NCBI GenBank assembly: GCA_965203355.1 | Contig: OZ241889.1 | Coordinates: forward strand, 2,912,001 to 2,976,000 | Reading direction: 5' to 3' | DNA length: 64,000 nucleotides | From: Candidatus Latescibacterota bacterium | Lineage (GTDB): Bacteria; Latescibacterota; UBA2968; UBA8231 | Shown: in pieces, positions 1 to 11,682 of the stretch | Layout of the letters: each line of letters starts with the position of its first letter | Position numbering within the stretch: the first letter of the stretch is position 1 | Made by a program: the position numbers and the translations under genes | Notes under the pieces: generated by a model | Databases searched by the model: none | Seen by the model: the letters and a program-made list of their open reading frames with translations, nothing else | What the model was told of the DNA's origin: nothing

Positions 1-1
1 T

Positions 2-247
2 CTCGAACTGCCCGGCAATGAACACACCTTAGAGTTGACCTATTCCGCTGATTATCAACTCGCTGTCCCCGAAGATCTCATGCACCTCGCGATCGCGGTT
101 CCCGACTTAATCGGCTTTTGCGACACGCTGGAAAACAACGGGATTGAAATATGGCCTAGCGATTGGCGCGCGACTTTCCCTACCGGCCGCAAGATGGCCT
201 TTATCGACGATCCCGACGGTTACGAGATCGAGCTACTTGAAGGTTGA
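2..247 (+). CDS. VOC/glyoxalase (lactoylglutathione lyase-like) protein, 5'-truncated by window edge
   Basis: Frame open from base 2 (LELPGNEHTLELTY); HLAIAV and C-terminal FIDDPDGYEIELLE are VOC motifs. Confidence 0.85.
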   Translation, partial: LELPGNEHTLELTYSADYQLAVPEDLMHLAIAVPDLIGFCDTLENNGIEIWPSDWRATFPTGRKMAFIDDPDGYEIELLEG

Positions 248-1692
248 TTTAACTGGCCCTTGTCGCGCAAGTACTGCGGCAAGTAGGCGACGATGAAATC
301 CCGCGCTGTCCGGCCTCCGACTAAATCGTGATTGTGCCGCATCCGCCAAACTTCGAAGGCGGCCAATAATTCATCTTCTGGCAGGTCAATCCCGGCCCGA
401 CGCGCATAGGACAGTACCATAGAGTGGTATTGCTGCCTACTGGGCAGACCGAGAAATACCTTCAGGGCAAAACGGTCGTCGAGCGCCCGCTCCTGATCGA
501 GCCGTTGCTGTTGTTGAGGATCGTAGAATTCAGCTTGAATGCCTTGGTTGACCAGATTGGGACGCTCGTCGTCTAGCGGCATCTGGCCCAACCCTTGCGG
601 CCGCTCGCCCTCTCGGTCCACTAGATCCTTATAGTTGGAGGTTGCATAGAAGACCAAGTTGTTCGGGCACGCTTCTAATCCCCCGTCGAGTACGCGCGAC
701 AGTAGATGTAAATGGCTGTCCCCTCGACTCAAGGACACATTGTCCAGTACCCCCACAAAGCACTGGCGACGCCCCCGGACGAGGGCAAACAGGTCGGGTA
801 ACAGATGGTAGCAAGACGGGGCGATTTCGATGGCGCGCAGACCGCGATCAAAGAATTGCCCTATCAAGGCCCGTATCAGCGTCGATTTGCCGCCGCCACG
901 CGGACCCCAGATTAGCGCGTTGTGTGCCCGATAACCGACGAGAAAATGGCGCGTGTTTTCCGCTAACACTTGGATTCTCGCTCTGTTACCCTCCAGCCAG
1001 CCGAGGGGAAATTCCGCGAAATGGCGGATAGGTTCCAAGATGGGCTTGCCCCCCCGGCCGACTAGACGAAAAGCTGGGAATCGGCGCAGCGAACCCCGGC
1101 CGTACTCGTGGATCAGGCATCCAAGCTCTCCTGCTAACTCAGCCCAATCCGCGCTGCGGACAAAACGCTCTTTCAGTTGGTCAACGGCTGCGGGTTCCAC
1201 TCCATCTCCGGGTATGGGAGCCAAAGGCTCCTCCTTGCTGCCGATCAGCCGCAGCCATGTTCCCCAACGAGGACGAGCCAAAACCGCGGCACTTTGCAAG
1301 TCGCGACACGCAACCTGATACAGCGCAGCGGGAACATCTACTGGAGATTGCTTTTCGCAAGCGCGCAAAAACAAATGTCGGCCATCGAGGAGCCGGTTGA
1401 GCAACAGCCCTTGTAAGTCCGGTGCGCCACCGCCCCAATCGCCGTTAAGTGCCACCGCGAGGAGCGCATCTGAACAACGCTGGTGTTGCGCGATCAACTC
1501 GTCCGCTGTGCATTGTGCCTGTTTACCGGCCACCAGTCTGTCGACGCACCCCTTTGCATAGAGCAGCAAGGAACGCAACGGTTCCACCTCGGCAGGTTTG
1601 AGTAGCTGACTGAAAGAGGAGAACCGGTCCAAAGCAGCCAGCATGGCTTCGACTTGGCCGGCGATTTGCAGCGTCTCTTCACGCTTTGTCAT
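220..1692 (-). CDS. DUF815-family P-loop (AAA+) ATPase with N-terminal extension
   Basis: NALIWGPRGGGKST Walker A; LDGGLEACPNNLVFYATSN and LDDRFAL match DUF815 motifs. Confidence 0.8.
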   Translation of the reverse strand: MTKREETLQIAGQVEAMLAALDRFSSFSQLLKPAEVEPLRSLLLYAKGCVDRLVAGKQAQCTADELIAQHQRCSDALLAVALNGDWGGGAPDLQGLLLNRLLDGRHLFLRACEKQSPVDVPAALYQVACRDLQSAAVLARPRWGTWLRLIGSKEEPLAPIPGDGVEPAAVDQLKERFVRSADWAELAGELGCLIHEYGRGSLRRFPAFRLVGRGGKPILEPIRHFAEFPLGWLEGNRARIQVLAENTRHFLVGYRAHNALIWGPRGGGKSTLIRALIGQFFDRGLRAIEIAPSCYHLLPDLFALVRGRRQCFVGVLDNVSLSRGDSHLHLLSRVLDGGLEACPNNLVFYATSNYKDLVDREGERPQGLGQMPLDDERPNLVNQGIQAEFYDPQQQQRLDQERALDDRFALKVFLGLPSRQQYHSMVLSYARRAGIDLPEDELLAAFEVWRMRHNHDLVGGRTARDFIVAYLPQYLRDKGQLNQPSSSSIS

Positions 1693-1850
1693 CTAAATGC
1701 AAAACCTAGTTAAAATCCGCTATTAGAATTGGGTTGCTGACATTCTCATTGATTTCCCTCGGGGCGACGGCCCTGCACTTGGGCGCACACTTAAGCCTGT
1801 GCCACACAACCTCAACTGTCTGACAGACAACCGTTTTCGAGGAAAGGAAC

Positions 1851-1924
1851 TACCCCCGGGCGGATTCGAACCGCCGACCCACAGATTAGGAATCTGTTGC
1901 TCTATCCTGCTGAGCTACGGGGGC
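1851..1924 (-). tRNA. tRNA-Arg(CCT), CCA not encoded
   Basis: Reverse complement GCCCCCGTAGCTCAGCAGGATAGAGC...CAGAT-TCCTA-ATCTG...GGTTCGAATCC...GGGGGTA forms a cloverleaf; anticodon CCT. Confidence 0.95.
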
Positions 1925-1997
1925 TATAGGAGGGCCGTCATTCATATTATGTTGCGCGAGCCCCAAAGTCAAACGCCCGAGTTTTTTATCTCATGTG

Positions 1998-2025
1998 TTG
2001 ACACCAAATTAAACTGGCCTAATTT
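1998..2025 (+). promoter_or_regulatory. Putative sigma-70 promoter of the act-cox operon
   Basis: TTGACA-N16-TAATTT ending 62 nt upstream of actA. Confidence 0.45.
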
Positions 2026-2087
2026 ACAGATTGTTTTGGCCGAAGAGGTAAGGCCAGCTTTCTACAACCTCAGTTAAACTAATACAT

Positions 2088-2744
2088 ATGGCTCAAGTAT
2101 TCCCGCGCAGCGCTAACTGGGCTTCCAAAGCCAGCATACTCGTTGGCCTCGTCCTAGTCGGCAGTATCCTCGGTATCGTCCTCAATATCAATCGCATTTA
2201 CTTCGTCAATCAGGTCAACGTACCCATCGATCAGCCCGTTCCCTTCAGCCACAAGCACCACGTTACCGGCATGGGCATCGATTGCCGCTATTGCCACACC
2301 ACTGTCGAGGAGAGTGCTTTTGCTGGCGTTCCTCCAACCGAAACCTGCATGACCTGCCACTCGCAGGTCTGGGCCGAAGCACCCATCCTCGAACCTGTGC
2401 GCGCCAGCTTCCGCGACAACGTGCCCATCGAGTGGAATCGCGTCCACGATCTGCCCGACTTCGCCTATTTCAACCACAGCATCCACGTCAATCAAGGCAT
2501 TGGCTGCCAGTCTTGCCACGGCCAAGTCGATCAAATGCCCCTGATGTGGAAAGCCGAATCGCTGAATATGGAGTGGTGCCTCGATTGCCACCGCGATCCC
2601 GCCCAGTACATCCGCCCGCGCGACCAAGTATTTAACATGAATTATCAGTACCCAGCCGATCAAGAGAGCTTGGGAGCGCAACTCGTCGCCGAATACGGCG
2701 TACAGACCAGTCAACTCACCAACTGCTCTATCTGCCATCGCTAA
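2088..2744 (+). CDS. actA: Alternative complex III pentaheme cytochrome c subunit
   Basis: N-terminal TM helix; five CxxCH motifs (CRYCH, CMTCH, CQSCH, CLDCH, CSICH); QPVPFSHKHH and LPDFAYFNHSIH. Confidence 0.95.
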   Translation: MAQVFPRSANWASKASILVGLVLVGSILGIVLNINRIYFVNQVNVPIDQPVPFSHKHHVTGMGIDCRYCHTTVEESAFAGVPPTETCMTCHSQVWAEAPILEPVRASFRDNVPIEWNRVHDLPDFAYFNHSIHVNQGIGCQSCHGQVDQMPLMWKAESLNMEWCLDCHRDPAQYIRPRDQVFNMNYQYPADQESLGAQLVAEYGVQTSQLTNCSICHR

Positions 2745-2746
2745 AC

Positions 2747-5728
2747 ATGGAAACCAGAAAAAACATCGATCTCTCGGCCATTCGTTCCCGTCTCAAAGCC
2801 ACCCAAGGTCAAGTGTACTGGCGCAGCTTGGACCAATTGGCTCAGACCGAAGAATTCGCCGCCATGGTCCAGCGCGAGTTTCCCGAGCAAGCTGCCGAGT
2901 TGAAGGATCCGGTAAGTCGGCGGAATTTTCTCAAGCTCATGAGTGCATCGCTGGCACTAGGCGGGCTTTCGGGCTGCACGATTCAGCCCAGCGAAAAAAT
3001 CGTCCCCCAAGTCCGAGCTCCCGAACACATCATCCCCGGTAAGCCGCAGTACTTTGCTTCAGCCGCCTCGCTTGGCGGCATGGGCATGGGCATTCTAGTC
3101 GAGAGCCATATGGGGCGACCGACCAAAATAGAGGGCAACGCCGGGCATCCCTCCGGCAGTAGAGGCTCTAGTGCGCTCGTCCAGGCTTCGATCCTCGATC
3201 TCTACGATCCCGACCGCGCGCAAACGGTCAAAAACGCCGGTCGAATCAGCGCTTGGAGCATCTTCCTAGCCGATCTGACGCAGCGGCTAAGTTCACACGA
3301 GGCCAATGGCGGGGCGGGGCTGCGCATCCTGACCCAAACCGCGACTTCCCCGACCCTCGGGCACCAGTTGCAGGCTCTGCGGACCAAATTTCCCCAAGCC
3401 CAGTGGCACCAATACGAACCCGTCAATCGCGACAATGCCCGCGCTGGAGCGCAAATGGCTTTTGGCGAGCCGGTACATGCCTTCTACGACGTAGCCAAAG
3501 CCCAGGTCATTCTGTCGCTGGACGCCGACTTTGCCTATAGCGGTGCTGGCCATGTCCGCCACGCTCGGGACTTTGCGGCTGGTCGCAACTTCCGCAACGG
3601 TCAAAAGGCCGGCAATCGGCTCTATGCAGTCGAGAGCAGTCCAACGGCCACGGGCAGCATAGCCGATCACCGTTTGGCACTGGGCACGGCGCACATCGAA
3701 GCCTTGGCCCTCAAAGTCGCCCAAGGGCTTGGCATCGGCTGGTCGGGGCCGATCATCCCCGACGACTTCTCCGCCCACGACGCTTGGATTGCAGCCCTGG
3801 TTGAAGATCTAAAGGCCCATCGCGGCCAAAGCCTTGTGCTCGCTGGCGATCAGCAAGCCCCAGCCGTACACGCTTTGGCCCACGCCATCAACCACGCCCT
3901 AGGCAATGCCGGAGCAACCGTACACTACACCGCCCCCCTCGAAGTCGAATCGGTTGACCAGCGCGAGTCGCTATCCGCTCTAGTCGCCGATATGAACGCC
4001 GGCCAAGTTGAGTCCCTATTCATCCTCGGTGGCAACCCGGTGTACGACGCGCCCGTGGATCTCGGCTTTGCCTCGGCACTCGACAAGGTTGGCTACCGCG
4101 TCCACCTCAGCCTGTACGACAACGAAACGTCGGAACTCTGCCACTGGCACATCCCGGAATCTCACTTTCTCGAAGCCTGGAGCGACATTCGCACCCACGA
4201 TGGCCTGGCCACGATCGTCCAGCCGCTTATTCGCCCGCTCTATAAGAGCAAATCAATGCACGACCTCTTGGCGGTGCTCACCGGCCAGCCCGGGGTCCCC
4301 GATCTCGAGATCGTGCGCCAGTATTGGGAAAGCCAAGGCCTAGATGCGATTGCTTGGCGCCGCGCACTGCACGATGGCTTCGTCGAGGGCACGCGCCCCA
4401 AAGCCCAATCCCCGCAGCTAGGTCCGCTGAACTTACCCGCAACGACCGGAAACCTTCCCGAGGAAGAAGAGCTCGAAATCCACTTTCGGCCCGATCCTAT
4501 GGTGTGGGACGGTCGCTTTACCAACAACGCTTGGCTCCAAGAAACCCCGAAGCCCATCACGAAGCTCACTTGGGACAACGCCGCCCTCGTCAGCCCGGCC
4601 ACGGCCGAGCGTCTGCGACTCAAGAGCGAATTCCTCGCCGAGTTACGCTTTGACGGGCGCGCGATCCATGCCGCGGTTTGGATCGTGCCCGGCCAAGCCG
4701 ACGGCGTCGTCACCCTGCACTTGGGCTACGGCCAACAGCGCAGTGGTCGCATCGGGCGCGACACGGGCTGCAATGCCTATGCCCTGCGGCCAATGGCGGC
4801 CTTGTGGAGCGGCACCGGCCTGCAGGTCACCGGCTCGTACGACCGCTATCGCCTCGCCTGCACCCAAGATCATCACAGCATGGAAGGCCGCAACTTAGTG
4901 CGCCAAGCCTCGCTGTCCTACTACCAAGCACATCCGCATTTTGCCCACGAGGGGGCCCATGATCCGCCCGATGACTTGACGCTGCACAACCGCACGGATC
5001 ACCAGTACACCGGCTACGCTTGGGGCATGGTTATCGACCTAGGTGCCTGCATCGGCTGCAATGCTTGTGCGGTGGCCTGCCAAGCCGAAAACAACATCCC
5101 CATCGTGGGTAAGGACGAAGTACTCAATGGCCGCGAAATGCCTTGGATCCGCGTCGATCGCTACTACCAAGGCTCGCCCGACAACCCCCGAATCGCACAT
5201 CAGCCTGTGCCTTGTATGCAGTGCGAAAACGCTCCTTGCGAACTGGTCTGTCCAGTCGCGGCGACGACGCACAGCGACGAGGGCCTTAACGACATGGTGT
5301 ACAATCGCTGCGTCGGCACCCGCTATTGCGCCAACAACTGCCCCTACAAGGTCCGGCGCTTCAACTTCCTCCAATACGCCGACCGCGAGAGCGAGAGCTT
5401 AAAATTGCAGCGCAACCCGGATGTTACCACGCGCGCCCGCGGCGTAATGGAAAAATGTACGTACTGCGTCCAGCGCATCAACCAAGCGCGAATCGAGGCC
5501 AAAAAAGCCAACCGCACCATAGGCGATGGCGAGATTGTTACGGCCTGTGAGCAGGCCTGCCCGACCGAAGCCATCATCTTTGGGGACATCAACGATTCCA
5601 ATAGTCGGGTCTCCGCGCTCAAGGCATCGCCGCTCAACTACGGTATCCTCACCGAGCTGAACACGCGCCCGCGCACTACGTATTTAGCAAGTATCAAAAA
5701 CCCCAATCCAAAAATTGCCGAGGCTTAG
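2747..5728 (+). CDS. actB: Alternative complex III subunit B (molybdopterin-oxidoreductase-like plus Fe-S domain)
   Basis: YWRSL..., Tat motif [16 protein letters not shown], Cys clusters [31 protein letters not shown]. Confidence 0.95.
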   Translation: METRKNIDLSAIRSRLKATQGQVYWRSLDQLAQTEEFAAMVQREFPEQAAELKDPVSRRNFLKLMSASLALGGLSGCTIQPSEKIVPQVRAPEHIIPGKPQYFASAASLGGMGMGILVESHMGRPTKIEGNAGHPSGSRGSSALVQASILDLYDPDRAQTVKNAGRISAWSIFLADLTQRLSSHEANGGAGLRILTQTATSPTLGHQLQALRTKFPQAQWHQYEPVNRDNARAGAQMAFGEPVHAFYDVAKAQVILSLDADFAYSGAGHVRHARDFAAGRNFRNGQKAGNRLYAVESSPTATGSIADHRLALGTAHIEALALKVAQGLGIGWSGPIIPDDFSAHDAWIAALVEDLKAHRGQSLVLAGDQQAPAVHALAHAINHALGNAGATVHYTAPLEVESVDQRESLSALVADMNAGQVESLFILGGNPVYDAPVDLGFASALDKVGYRVHLSLYDNETSELCHWHIPESHFLEAWSDIRTHDGLATIVQPLIRPLYKSKSMHDLLAVLTGQPGVPDLEIVRQYWESQGLDAIAWRRALHDGFVEGTRPKAQSPQLGPLNLPATTGNLPEEEELEIHFRPDPMVWDGRFTNNAWLQETPKPITKLTWDNAALVSPATAERLRLKSEFLAELRFDGRAIHAAVWIVPGQADGVVTLHLGYGQQRSGRIGRDTGCNAYALRPMAALWSGTGLQVTGSYDRYRLACTQDHHSMEGRNLVRQASLSYYQAHPHFAHEGAHDPPDDLTLHNRTDHQYTGYAWGMVIDLGACIGCNACAVACQAENNIPIVGKDEVLNGREMPWIRVDRYYQGSPDNPRIAHQPVPCMQCENAPCELVCPVAATTHSDEGLNDMVYNRCVGTRYCANNCPYKVRRFNFLQYADRESESLKLQRNPDVTTRARGVMEKCTYCVQRINQARIEAKKANRTIGDGEIVTACEQACPTEAIIFGDINDSNSRVSALKASPLNYGILTELNTRPRTTYLASIKNPNPKIAEA

Positions 5729-5729
5729 C

Positions 5730-7103
5730 ATGTCCGAAGCTGCGAAAACGCCTTATCGCCCCCCAGTATCGGAACTCGGCCCGAGCCAGACCTCGTACAC
5801 TTCGATTACCGACAAGATCAGTGGGATCGTCCTCACCAAAAACACCCCGCTGGCGTGGTTTCTCTGCTTTGCTTTAGGCTTCCTGCTACTACAAGCGTTC
5901 ATGATAGGCGTTCCCTATCTGCTCTTTGAGGGCGTGGGCATCTGGGGCATCAACAACCCCATAGGCTGGGGTTGGGCCATCATCAATTTTGTTTGGTGGA
6001 TCGGTATCGGCCATGCCGGCACCCTGATCTCGGCGATTTTACTGCTGTTCCGGCAGCGGTGGCGCACCTCGATCAACCGCGCGGCCGAGGCCATGACCAT
6101 TTTTGCCGTGCTCTGCGCCGCGCAGTTTCCGCTCTTTCACACCGGGCGGCCTTGGCTGGCCTGCTACTGGCTGCTGCCCTATCCCAACTCTATGGACATC
6201 TGGCCGCAGTTCCGCAGCCCGCTGATCTGGGACGTTTTCGCGGTCTCGACCTATTTGACAGTGTCGCTGGTCTTTTGGTTTGTCGGCTTGGTCCCAGACT
6301 TAGCGAGCCTGCGCGATCGCGCCAAAAACCGCATCGCCCAAGTCATCTACGGCGTCCTCGCGCTCGGCTGGCGCGGATCGGCCATTCACTGGGAACGCTA
6401 CGAAATGGCGTCCCTCCTGCTGGCCGGCCTCTCCACCCCCCTCGTGCTCTCTGTCCACAGCGTCGTCAGTTTCGACTTTGCCGTCGGGCTTATACCCGGA
6501 TGGCACACGACTATATTCCCCCCTTATTTCGTCGCCGGGGCGATCTATGCGGGCTTTGCCATGGTGCTGACCTTGATGATCCCCATGCGTTTCATCTACG
6601 GCTTGGACGACTTCATAACCGAGCGCCATCTAAACAACATGGCCAAAGTCATGTTGGCTTCCGGGCTGATTGTGGGCTATGGCTATTTCATGGAGCAACT
6701 CATCGCCTGGTACAGTGCCAGTGTCTTTGAGAGCTTTATGATGCAAAACCGCATGCACGGCCCGTACGGTCCCTTCTATTGGGCCTTAATCCTCTGCAAT
6801 ATAGCCGTGCCGCAGCTTTTGTGGTTTAGGCACTTTCGCACGAATATGTTCTGGCTGTTTTTCATTTCCCAGTTCATCAACGTCGGCATGTGGCTAGAGC
6901 GCTTTATCATCGTCGTCACCAGCCTACACCGAGATTTTATGCCCTCTTCTTGGGACATGTTCCACCCGACAATCTGGGACATCGCCATCTACGCGGGGAC
7001 TATTGGCCTGTTCATCGTCCTGTTTTTCCTGTTCGTCCGCGGCCTACCGATGATTTCCATCCACGAGATCCGCAATTTGCTGGTCTCCGGAGACCACAAG
7101 TGA
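5730..7103 (+). CDS. actC: Alternative complex III quinol-oxidising membrane subunit (NrfD family)
   Basis: [39 protein letters not shown]; ATG at 5730 just after the actB stop. Confidence 0.95.
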   Translation: MSEAAKTPYRPPVSELGPSQTSYTSITDKISGIVLTKNTPLAWFLCFALGFLLLQAFMIGVPYLLFEGVGIWGINNPIGWGWAIINFVWWIGIGHAGTLISAILLLFRQRWRTSINRAAEAMTIFAVLCAAQFPLFHTGRPWLACYWLLPYPNSMDIWPQFRSPLIWDVFAVSTYLTVSLVFWFVGLVPDLASLRDRAKNRIAQVIYGVLALGWRGSAIHWERYEMASLLLAGLSTPLVLSVHSVVSFDFAVGLIPGWHTTIFPPYFVAGAIYAGFAMVLTLMIPMRFIYGLDDFITERHLNNMAKVMLASGLIVGYGYFMEQLIAWYSASVFESFMMQNRMHGPYGPFYWALILCNIAVPQLLWFRHFRTNMFWLFFISQFINVGMWLERFIIVVTSLHRDFMPSSWDMFHPTIWDIAIYAGTIGLFIVLFFLFVRGLPMISIHEIRNLLVSGDHK

Positions 7104-7115
7104 GCCATTGAACTT

Positions 7116-7661
7116 ATGCAGCAGCACCAAGAATCAACGCGCTACGGTCTACTGGCCGAATTTGAATCCCCCGACGACTTGCTGGCCGCAGCCAAGACGA
7201 CCGTCGCCGCTGGCTATAGCAAGATCGACGCCTATTCACCCATGCCCATCCACGGCTTGGGTGAGGCCATCGGCTTTTCAGGCACTAGGTTGCCTTGGCT
7301 GGTTTTCGCCTTCGGCCTACTCGGTGCCATCACCGGCTACGCGCTGTGCTATTGGGTTTCGGTCGTAGATTATCCGCTCAATATCGCTGGCAAGCCTTTG
7401 CACAGCGGGCCGATGTTCATCCCGGTGACCTTTGAGCTGACCATCCTCTTTGCCGCGCTCAGTGCGGCTTTTGGCATGTTCATCGCCAACGGCCTACCCC
7501 AGCCCTACCACCCGGTTTTCAACGCGCCTAGTTTCGCCCGTGCCAGTCAGGATCGCTTCTTTCTCAGTATCGAGGCCGAGGATCCCCAGTTCGACCGCAA
7601 AAAAACCGAAGAATTTCTGCGCGGCCTGAATCCGCATGAGGTCGTCGAAGTTGAAAAGTAA
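7116..7661 (+). CDS. actD: Alternative complex III subunit D (DUF3341)
   Basis: DAYSPMPIHGL, YPLNIAGKP, FIPVTFELTIL; operon position. Confidence 0.92.
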   Translation: MQQHQESTRYGLLAEFESPDDLLAAAKTTVAAGYSKIDAYSPMPIHGLGEAIGFSGTRLPWLVFAFGLLGAITGYALCYWVSVVDYPLNIAGKPLHSGPMFIPVTFELTILFAALSAAFGMFIANGLPQPYHPVFNAPSFARASQDRFFLSIEAEDPQFDRKKTEEFLRGLNPHEVVEVEK

Positions 7662-7662
7662 A

Positions 7663-8247
7663 ATGACTATCGCCAATCGACGGCTCGCTGCCTTGTTGGG
7701 CGTGGTGCTATTGCTGGTTAGCACCGCCGGATGCGAACTGCGGCAAGCCATGTACGACCAAGAAAAATACGAGCCGCTAGAAGCCTCGGCGTTTTTTGCC
7801 GATGGCCAGTCTTTCCGTTCGCAGGTTGACGGCACTGTGGCGCGAGGCCAACTGATGCTGGACGATCACTTCTATCAGGGCAAAATACAAGGCCAACTAG
7901 CGGCAACCTTGCCGGTGGCCGTTGACCGCCCGTTGCTAGCGCGAGGCCGAGCGCGCTACAACATTTTCTGCGCCCCCTGTCACGACAAGACTGGCGAGGG
8001 CAACGGCATGATCGTCCAGCGAGGGCTCAAACAGCCGCCGACCTTTCATCAACAGCGGTTGCGCGAGGTGCCCGTCGGCCATTTTTACGATGTCATTACC
8101 AATGGCTTTGGCGTCATGTATAGCTACGCTTCCCGCATCTCTGTAGCCGACCGTTGGGCTATCGTCGCCTATATCAAGGTGTTACAGCTAAGTCAGAACC
8201 TTGAATTCGACCAACTGCCGGCCGAAGACCAAAGGCAACTTCAATGA
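7663..8247 (+). CDS. actE: Alternative complex III monoheme cytochrome c lipoprotein
   Basis: Lipobox TAGC, MYDQEKYEP, GTVARG, single CAPCH. Confidence 0.92.
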   Translation: MTIANRRLAALLGVVLLLVSTAGCELRQAMYDQEKYEPLEASAFFADGQSFRSQVDGTVARGQLMLDDHFYQGKIQGQLAATLPVAVDRPLLARGRARYNIFCAPCHDKTGEGNGMIVQRGLKQPPTFHQQRLREVPVGHFYDVITNGFGVMYSYASRISVADRWAIVAYIKVLQLSQNLEFDQLPAEDQRQLQ

Positions 8248-9479
8248 ACGAGTCGATTATCCAACAGTCTGCGGCCTTGCATCCCTATTTAGACAACCTC
8301 CAGCGCCGGGCGCTGGTCGTGGGACTGGCCGGCTTGGCTGCCACTGTGGTCGGCTATTTCACGGCCGAAGAGCAGTTCTTCCGCTCTTATTTGCTGGCCT
8401 TTACCTTCTGGATCGGCCTGCCCTTGGGCAGCTTGGGCATCCTGATGATCCACCATGTCGGCGGTGGCACTTGGGGGTTTTCAATCCGGCGTCTGCTCGA
8501 AGCCGGGACTCGCACCTTGCCCTTGATGTTTCTGTTGTCGCTGCCGATTCTCTTCTTCGGCCTGCACGATCTCTACGAGTGGGCTCATCCGGGCGTAGTG
8601 CAAAAAGACAGCATCCTCCAGCAAAAGGTCGCCTTGCTCAACGAGCCGTTCTTCATTGTGCGCACCGTGCTCTACTTCGCTATCTGGGGACTGTTCGCCT
8701 TCCTGCTCAACCGCTGGTCCCTACAGCAGGATCAGACGACCGCAACGCATCCGACCCATCGCATGCAGATTCTGAGCGGGCCGGGGATCGTCGTGTTCTT
8801 TCTCACCGCGACGCTGGCCTCGGTCGATTGGCTGATGTCGCTTGAGCCGCATTGGTTCTCGACGATTTTCGGCATCATCTACATCATAGGCATGGGGCTG
8901 ATGGCTTGGGGGCTTGCGTTCCTCGTCGCCGTCCCGCTCTCGCGACGGGAACCACTCCAAGGCGTAATTACCGAGCAGCACCTGCGCGACTTAGGCACCT
9001 TTATGCTCGCCTGTGTCATGCTCTGGGCCTATACCTCGTTTTCCCAGTTGCTGATCATCTGGTCGGCTAATTTGCCCGAGGAGATCACTTGGTACATGAC
9101 TCGTTTAGAGGGCGGTTGGCAATACGTTGGCTACGGGCTGCTGGTGTTTCACTTTGCCATCCCCTTTCTCTTTCTTATATCCAGCACGATGAAGTCCAAA
9201 ACCAAGCTGCTCGCTACCATTGCCGCCGGCTTGGTGTTCATGCGCTTGGTCGATTTGTACTGGATCACGGCACCGGCTTTCACCAAAGTCCACGCCGAAA
9301 AGGGGCCGAGTTTCCACAGCACCGGGATCGCGCTACACTGGCTTGACCTAGCCATTCCAATAGGCATCGGCGGCATCGTCCTTGCGCTCTTCTTCGCGCA
9401 ACTAAAAAAGCGTGCGCTGATCGCGCAAAACGACCCCCGTTTTGCAGACCTCTACCGCGGCGAAAGCAGTCATGGCTGA
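8244..9479 (+). CDS. actF: Alternative complex III membrane subunit F
   Basis: Polytopic; [16 protein letters not shown] and [15 protein letters not shown]. Confidence 0.92.
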   Translation: MNESIIQQSAALHPYLDNLQRRALVVGLAGLAATVVGYFTAEEQFFRSYLLAFTFWIGLPLGSLGILMIHHVGGGTWGFSIRRLLEAGTRTLPLMFLLSLPILFFGLHDLYEWAHPGVVQKDSILQQKVALLNEPFFIVRTVLYFAIWGLFAFLLNRWSLQQDQTTATHPTHRMQILSGPGIVVFFLTATLASVDWLMSLEPHWFSTIFGIIYIIGMGLMAWGLAFLVAVPLSRREPLQGVITEQHLRDLGTFMLACVMLWAYTSFSQLLIIWSANLPEEITWYMTRLEGGWQYVGYGLLVFHFAIPFLFLISSTMKSKTKLLATIAAGLVFMRLVDLYWITAPAFTKVHAEKGPSFHSTGIALHWLDLAIPIGIGGIVLALFFAQLKKRALIAQNDPRFADLYRGESSHG

Positions 9480-9867
9480 ACAAGCACACAATCAAACCAA
9501 CCTCGGTTACGAGACAACGGATGCGCGGGTAACGCCGTTAGCGCAGGCCGCCCTCTTTATTGCTGCGCTAGTCATCGCTGCCTTTGTCGGCATGATCGTC
9601 TTATTCAAGGTTTTCGCCTATTACCAGCCGCTCTTCGACGATCCGGTCCCGCCGCTTGTCGATAACCGCGTTGCCAGCGATGCGCCGCGGCTACAGGTGG
9701 ACCCGCCAAAGCAAAAGTTCGAGTTGGCGCAAAGAGAAGCCGCGGTCCTCAACTCCTATGGCTGGATCGACGAACAAGTGCAGGTAGTACGCATTCCTAT
9801 CGAGCGCGCGATTGATCTGGTGAGCGAAGGCAAAGTGCCGCTCATAACGCCGCCAGCAGCCCCATGA
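9472..9867 (+). CDS. actG: ActG-like small membrane subunit
   Basis: Single TM; PRLQ and LNSYGWID...RIPIERAIDL; between actF and sco. Confidence 0.7.
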   Translation: MAEQAHNQTNLGYETTDARVTPLAQAALFIAALVIAAFVGMIVLFKVFAYYQPLFDDPVPPLVDNRVASDAPRLQVDPPKQKFELAQREAAVLNSYGWIDEQVQVVRIPIERAIDLVSEGKVPLITPPAAP

Positions 9868-10703
9868 GCAGAACGATAACTACATTCGCGCACAGCGCGA
9901 TCTTTTTGGCATGGACTCTGCCGCTTTTGCTAGCAGGCCAGACCGGGGCGCAGGTTTATACCCAACAGCTACAAGAGCGCATCGGCATCGACCAGAAATT
10001 AGGCGACCCGATCCCCTTGGATCTCGAATTCACCGACTCAAGCGGCGCACGCGTCTCGCTCCATCAATATTTCGGTCAGAAGCCCGTCGTGCTCGCCTTA
10101 GTGTACTATGAGTGCCCCATGCTCTGCACTCAAGTGCTCAATAGCCTCTTGCGGGCGATGAACGTGCTGAGTTTTGGCGTTGGCACGGATTTCGACGTCT
10201 TGACCATCAGTATTGACCCCGGTGAAACACCGGAATTGGCCGCAGCCAAAAAAGCCGAGTACAGCAAAAACTACCGCGGCCGCGATGGTTCTACAGGTTG
10301 GCATTTTCTCACCGGCAAGCAAGACCAGATCGAACAGCTAGCCGCAGCCGTCGGCTTTCGCTACGCATATGACGAAGACACCGACCAGTACATCCACGCC
10401 AGCGGCTTGATGGTGCTGACGCCGGAAGGCAAACTGGCACGCTATTTCTACGGCATTGACTACCCGCCGCGCGACTTGCGCTGGGGCCTCGTCGAAGCGG
10501 CCGACGGAGCTATCGGCAACCCAGTGGATCAGCTACTCCTGCTTTGCTATAGCTACGACCCAATGACCGGCAAATACGGTCTTTACATCCGCAATTCCCT
10601 GCGCATCGGTGGGCTAATTACCGTGCTGGCTCTCGCGACCTTTATCATCGTCATGCTCAAGCGGGATCGCCGCAACAACTTGCATCACCCTCAGATCAAC
10701 TAG
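9864..10703 (+). CDS. SCO1/SenC copper chaperone
   Basis: YYECPMLC (CxxxC), YIHASG His ligand, C-terminal TM. Confidence 0.92.
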   Translation: MSRTITTFAHSAIFLAWTLPLLLAGQTGAQVYTQQLQERIGIDQKLGDPIPLDLEFTDSSGARVSLHQYFGQKPVVLALVYYECPMLCTQVLNSLLRAMNVLSFGVGTDFDVLTISIDPGETPELAAAKKAEYSKNYRGRDGSTGWHFLTGKQDQIEQLAAAVGFRYAYDEDTDQYIHASGLMVLTPEGKLARYFYGIDYPPRDLRWGLVEAADGAIGNPVDQLLLLCYSYDPMTGKYGLYIRNSLRIGGLITVLALATFIIVMLKRDRRNNLHHPQIN

Positions 10704-10721
10704 TTCGGAGCCTTGAACCGC

Positions 10722-11657
10722 ATGTCCGACTTTCCACTTTTTCCCGCCCAAGCCTCCACCATCGCCTTGCAGGTAGATGCCCTGTACGCAGTCTTGCTCG
10801 TCTTGACTGTGTTCTTCTGCTTGCTCGTCTTCGGCCTGGTAATCACCTTCGCCATCAAGTACCGCCGCCGCTCAGAAGACGAACGGCCCGAGCAAACTCA
10901 CGGCAATCTCGCCCTTGAACTGTCTTGGACCATCGTTCCCCTCTTTTTAGCACTTTTCGTCTTCTTGCTCGGAGCCGATGTTTTCTTCCGGCTCCAGCGA
11001 CCGCCGTCCGACCCCTTGGAAATCTACGTGGTCGGCAAGCAGTGGATGTGGAAAATCCAGCACGAATCGGGCAAGCGAGAAATCAATACCCTACATGTGC
11101 CCAAGGGCCAGCCCGTCCGCCTGACCATGACTTCAGAGGACGTAATCCACGACTTTTTCATCCCGGCCTTTCGCGTCAAAAACGACGTGTTGCCTGGCCG
11201 CTACACGACCCTTTGGTTTGAGGCCACGCAGACGGGCGAGTTCCACTTATTTTGCGCTGAGTATTGCGGCACCCAGCACTCGGGTATGATCGGCAAGGTG
11301 ATCGTCATGGAACCTGCGGATTACCACGACTGGCTGATGGGATCATCCAGCGGTGAATCCATGGTCGAGGCGGGCGAACGCCAGTTCCAACAACTCGGCT
11401 GCGAGACCTGCCACAAATCCACAGCTACGGGCCGCGGCCCTTCACTGGTCGGGATTTACGACAAGCCGGTAACGCTCAGCAACGGGCAGGAGGTCGTCGT
11501 TGATAGCGACTATATCCGCGAGTCCATTCTCCAGCCCCAAGCCAAAATCGTCGCTGGATACGAGCCAATTATGCCCGTCTTTGAGGGGCAGATCAGCGAG
11601 CAGTCGCTGTTGCAAATCGCGTCCTATATCAAATCCCTGAGCGAGTCCGCCGAGTGA
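10722..11657 (+). CDS. coxB: Cytochrome c oxidase subunit II with fused cytochrome c (caa3 type)
   Basis: DVIHDF and [12 protein letters not shown] CuA ligands; C-terminal CETCH heme c. Confidence 0.95.
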   Translation: MSDFPLFPAQASTIALQVDALYAVLLVLTVFFCLLVFGLVITFAIKYRRRSEDERPEQTHGNLALELSWTIVPLFLALFVFLLGADVFFRLQRPPSDPLEIYVVGKQWMWKIQHESGKREINTLHVPKGQPVRLTMTSEDVIHDFFIPAFRVKNDVLPGRYTTLWFEATQTGEFHLFCAEYCGTQHSGMIGKVIVMEPADYHDWLMGSSSGESMVEAGERQFQQLGCETCHKSTATGRGPSLVGIYDKPVTLSNGQEVVVDSDYIRESILQPQAKIVAGYEPIMPVFEGQISEQSLLQIASYIKSLSESAE

Positions 11658-11682
11658 ACATCTCAACGAGGTCATCCAAGCC

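Noticed and set aside
1693-1850. Riboswitch or sigma-54 promoter upstream of the DUF815 gene
   Set aside because: TGGCAC on the minus strand lacks the correctly spaced TTGC; no recognisable riboswitch consensus
1799-2077. 92-aa ORF
   Set aside because: Antisense translation across tRNA-Arg and the act promoter region
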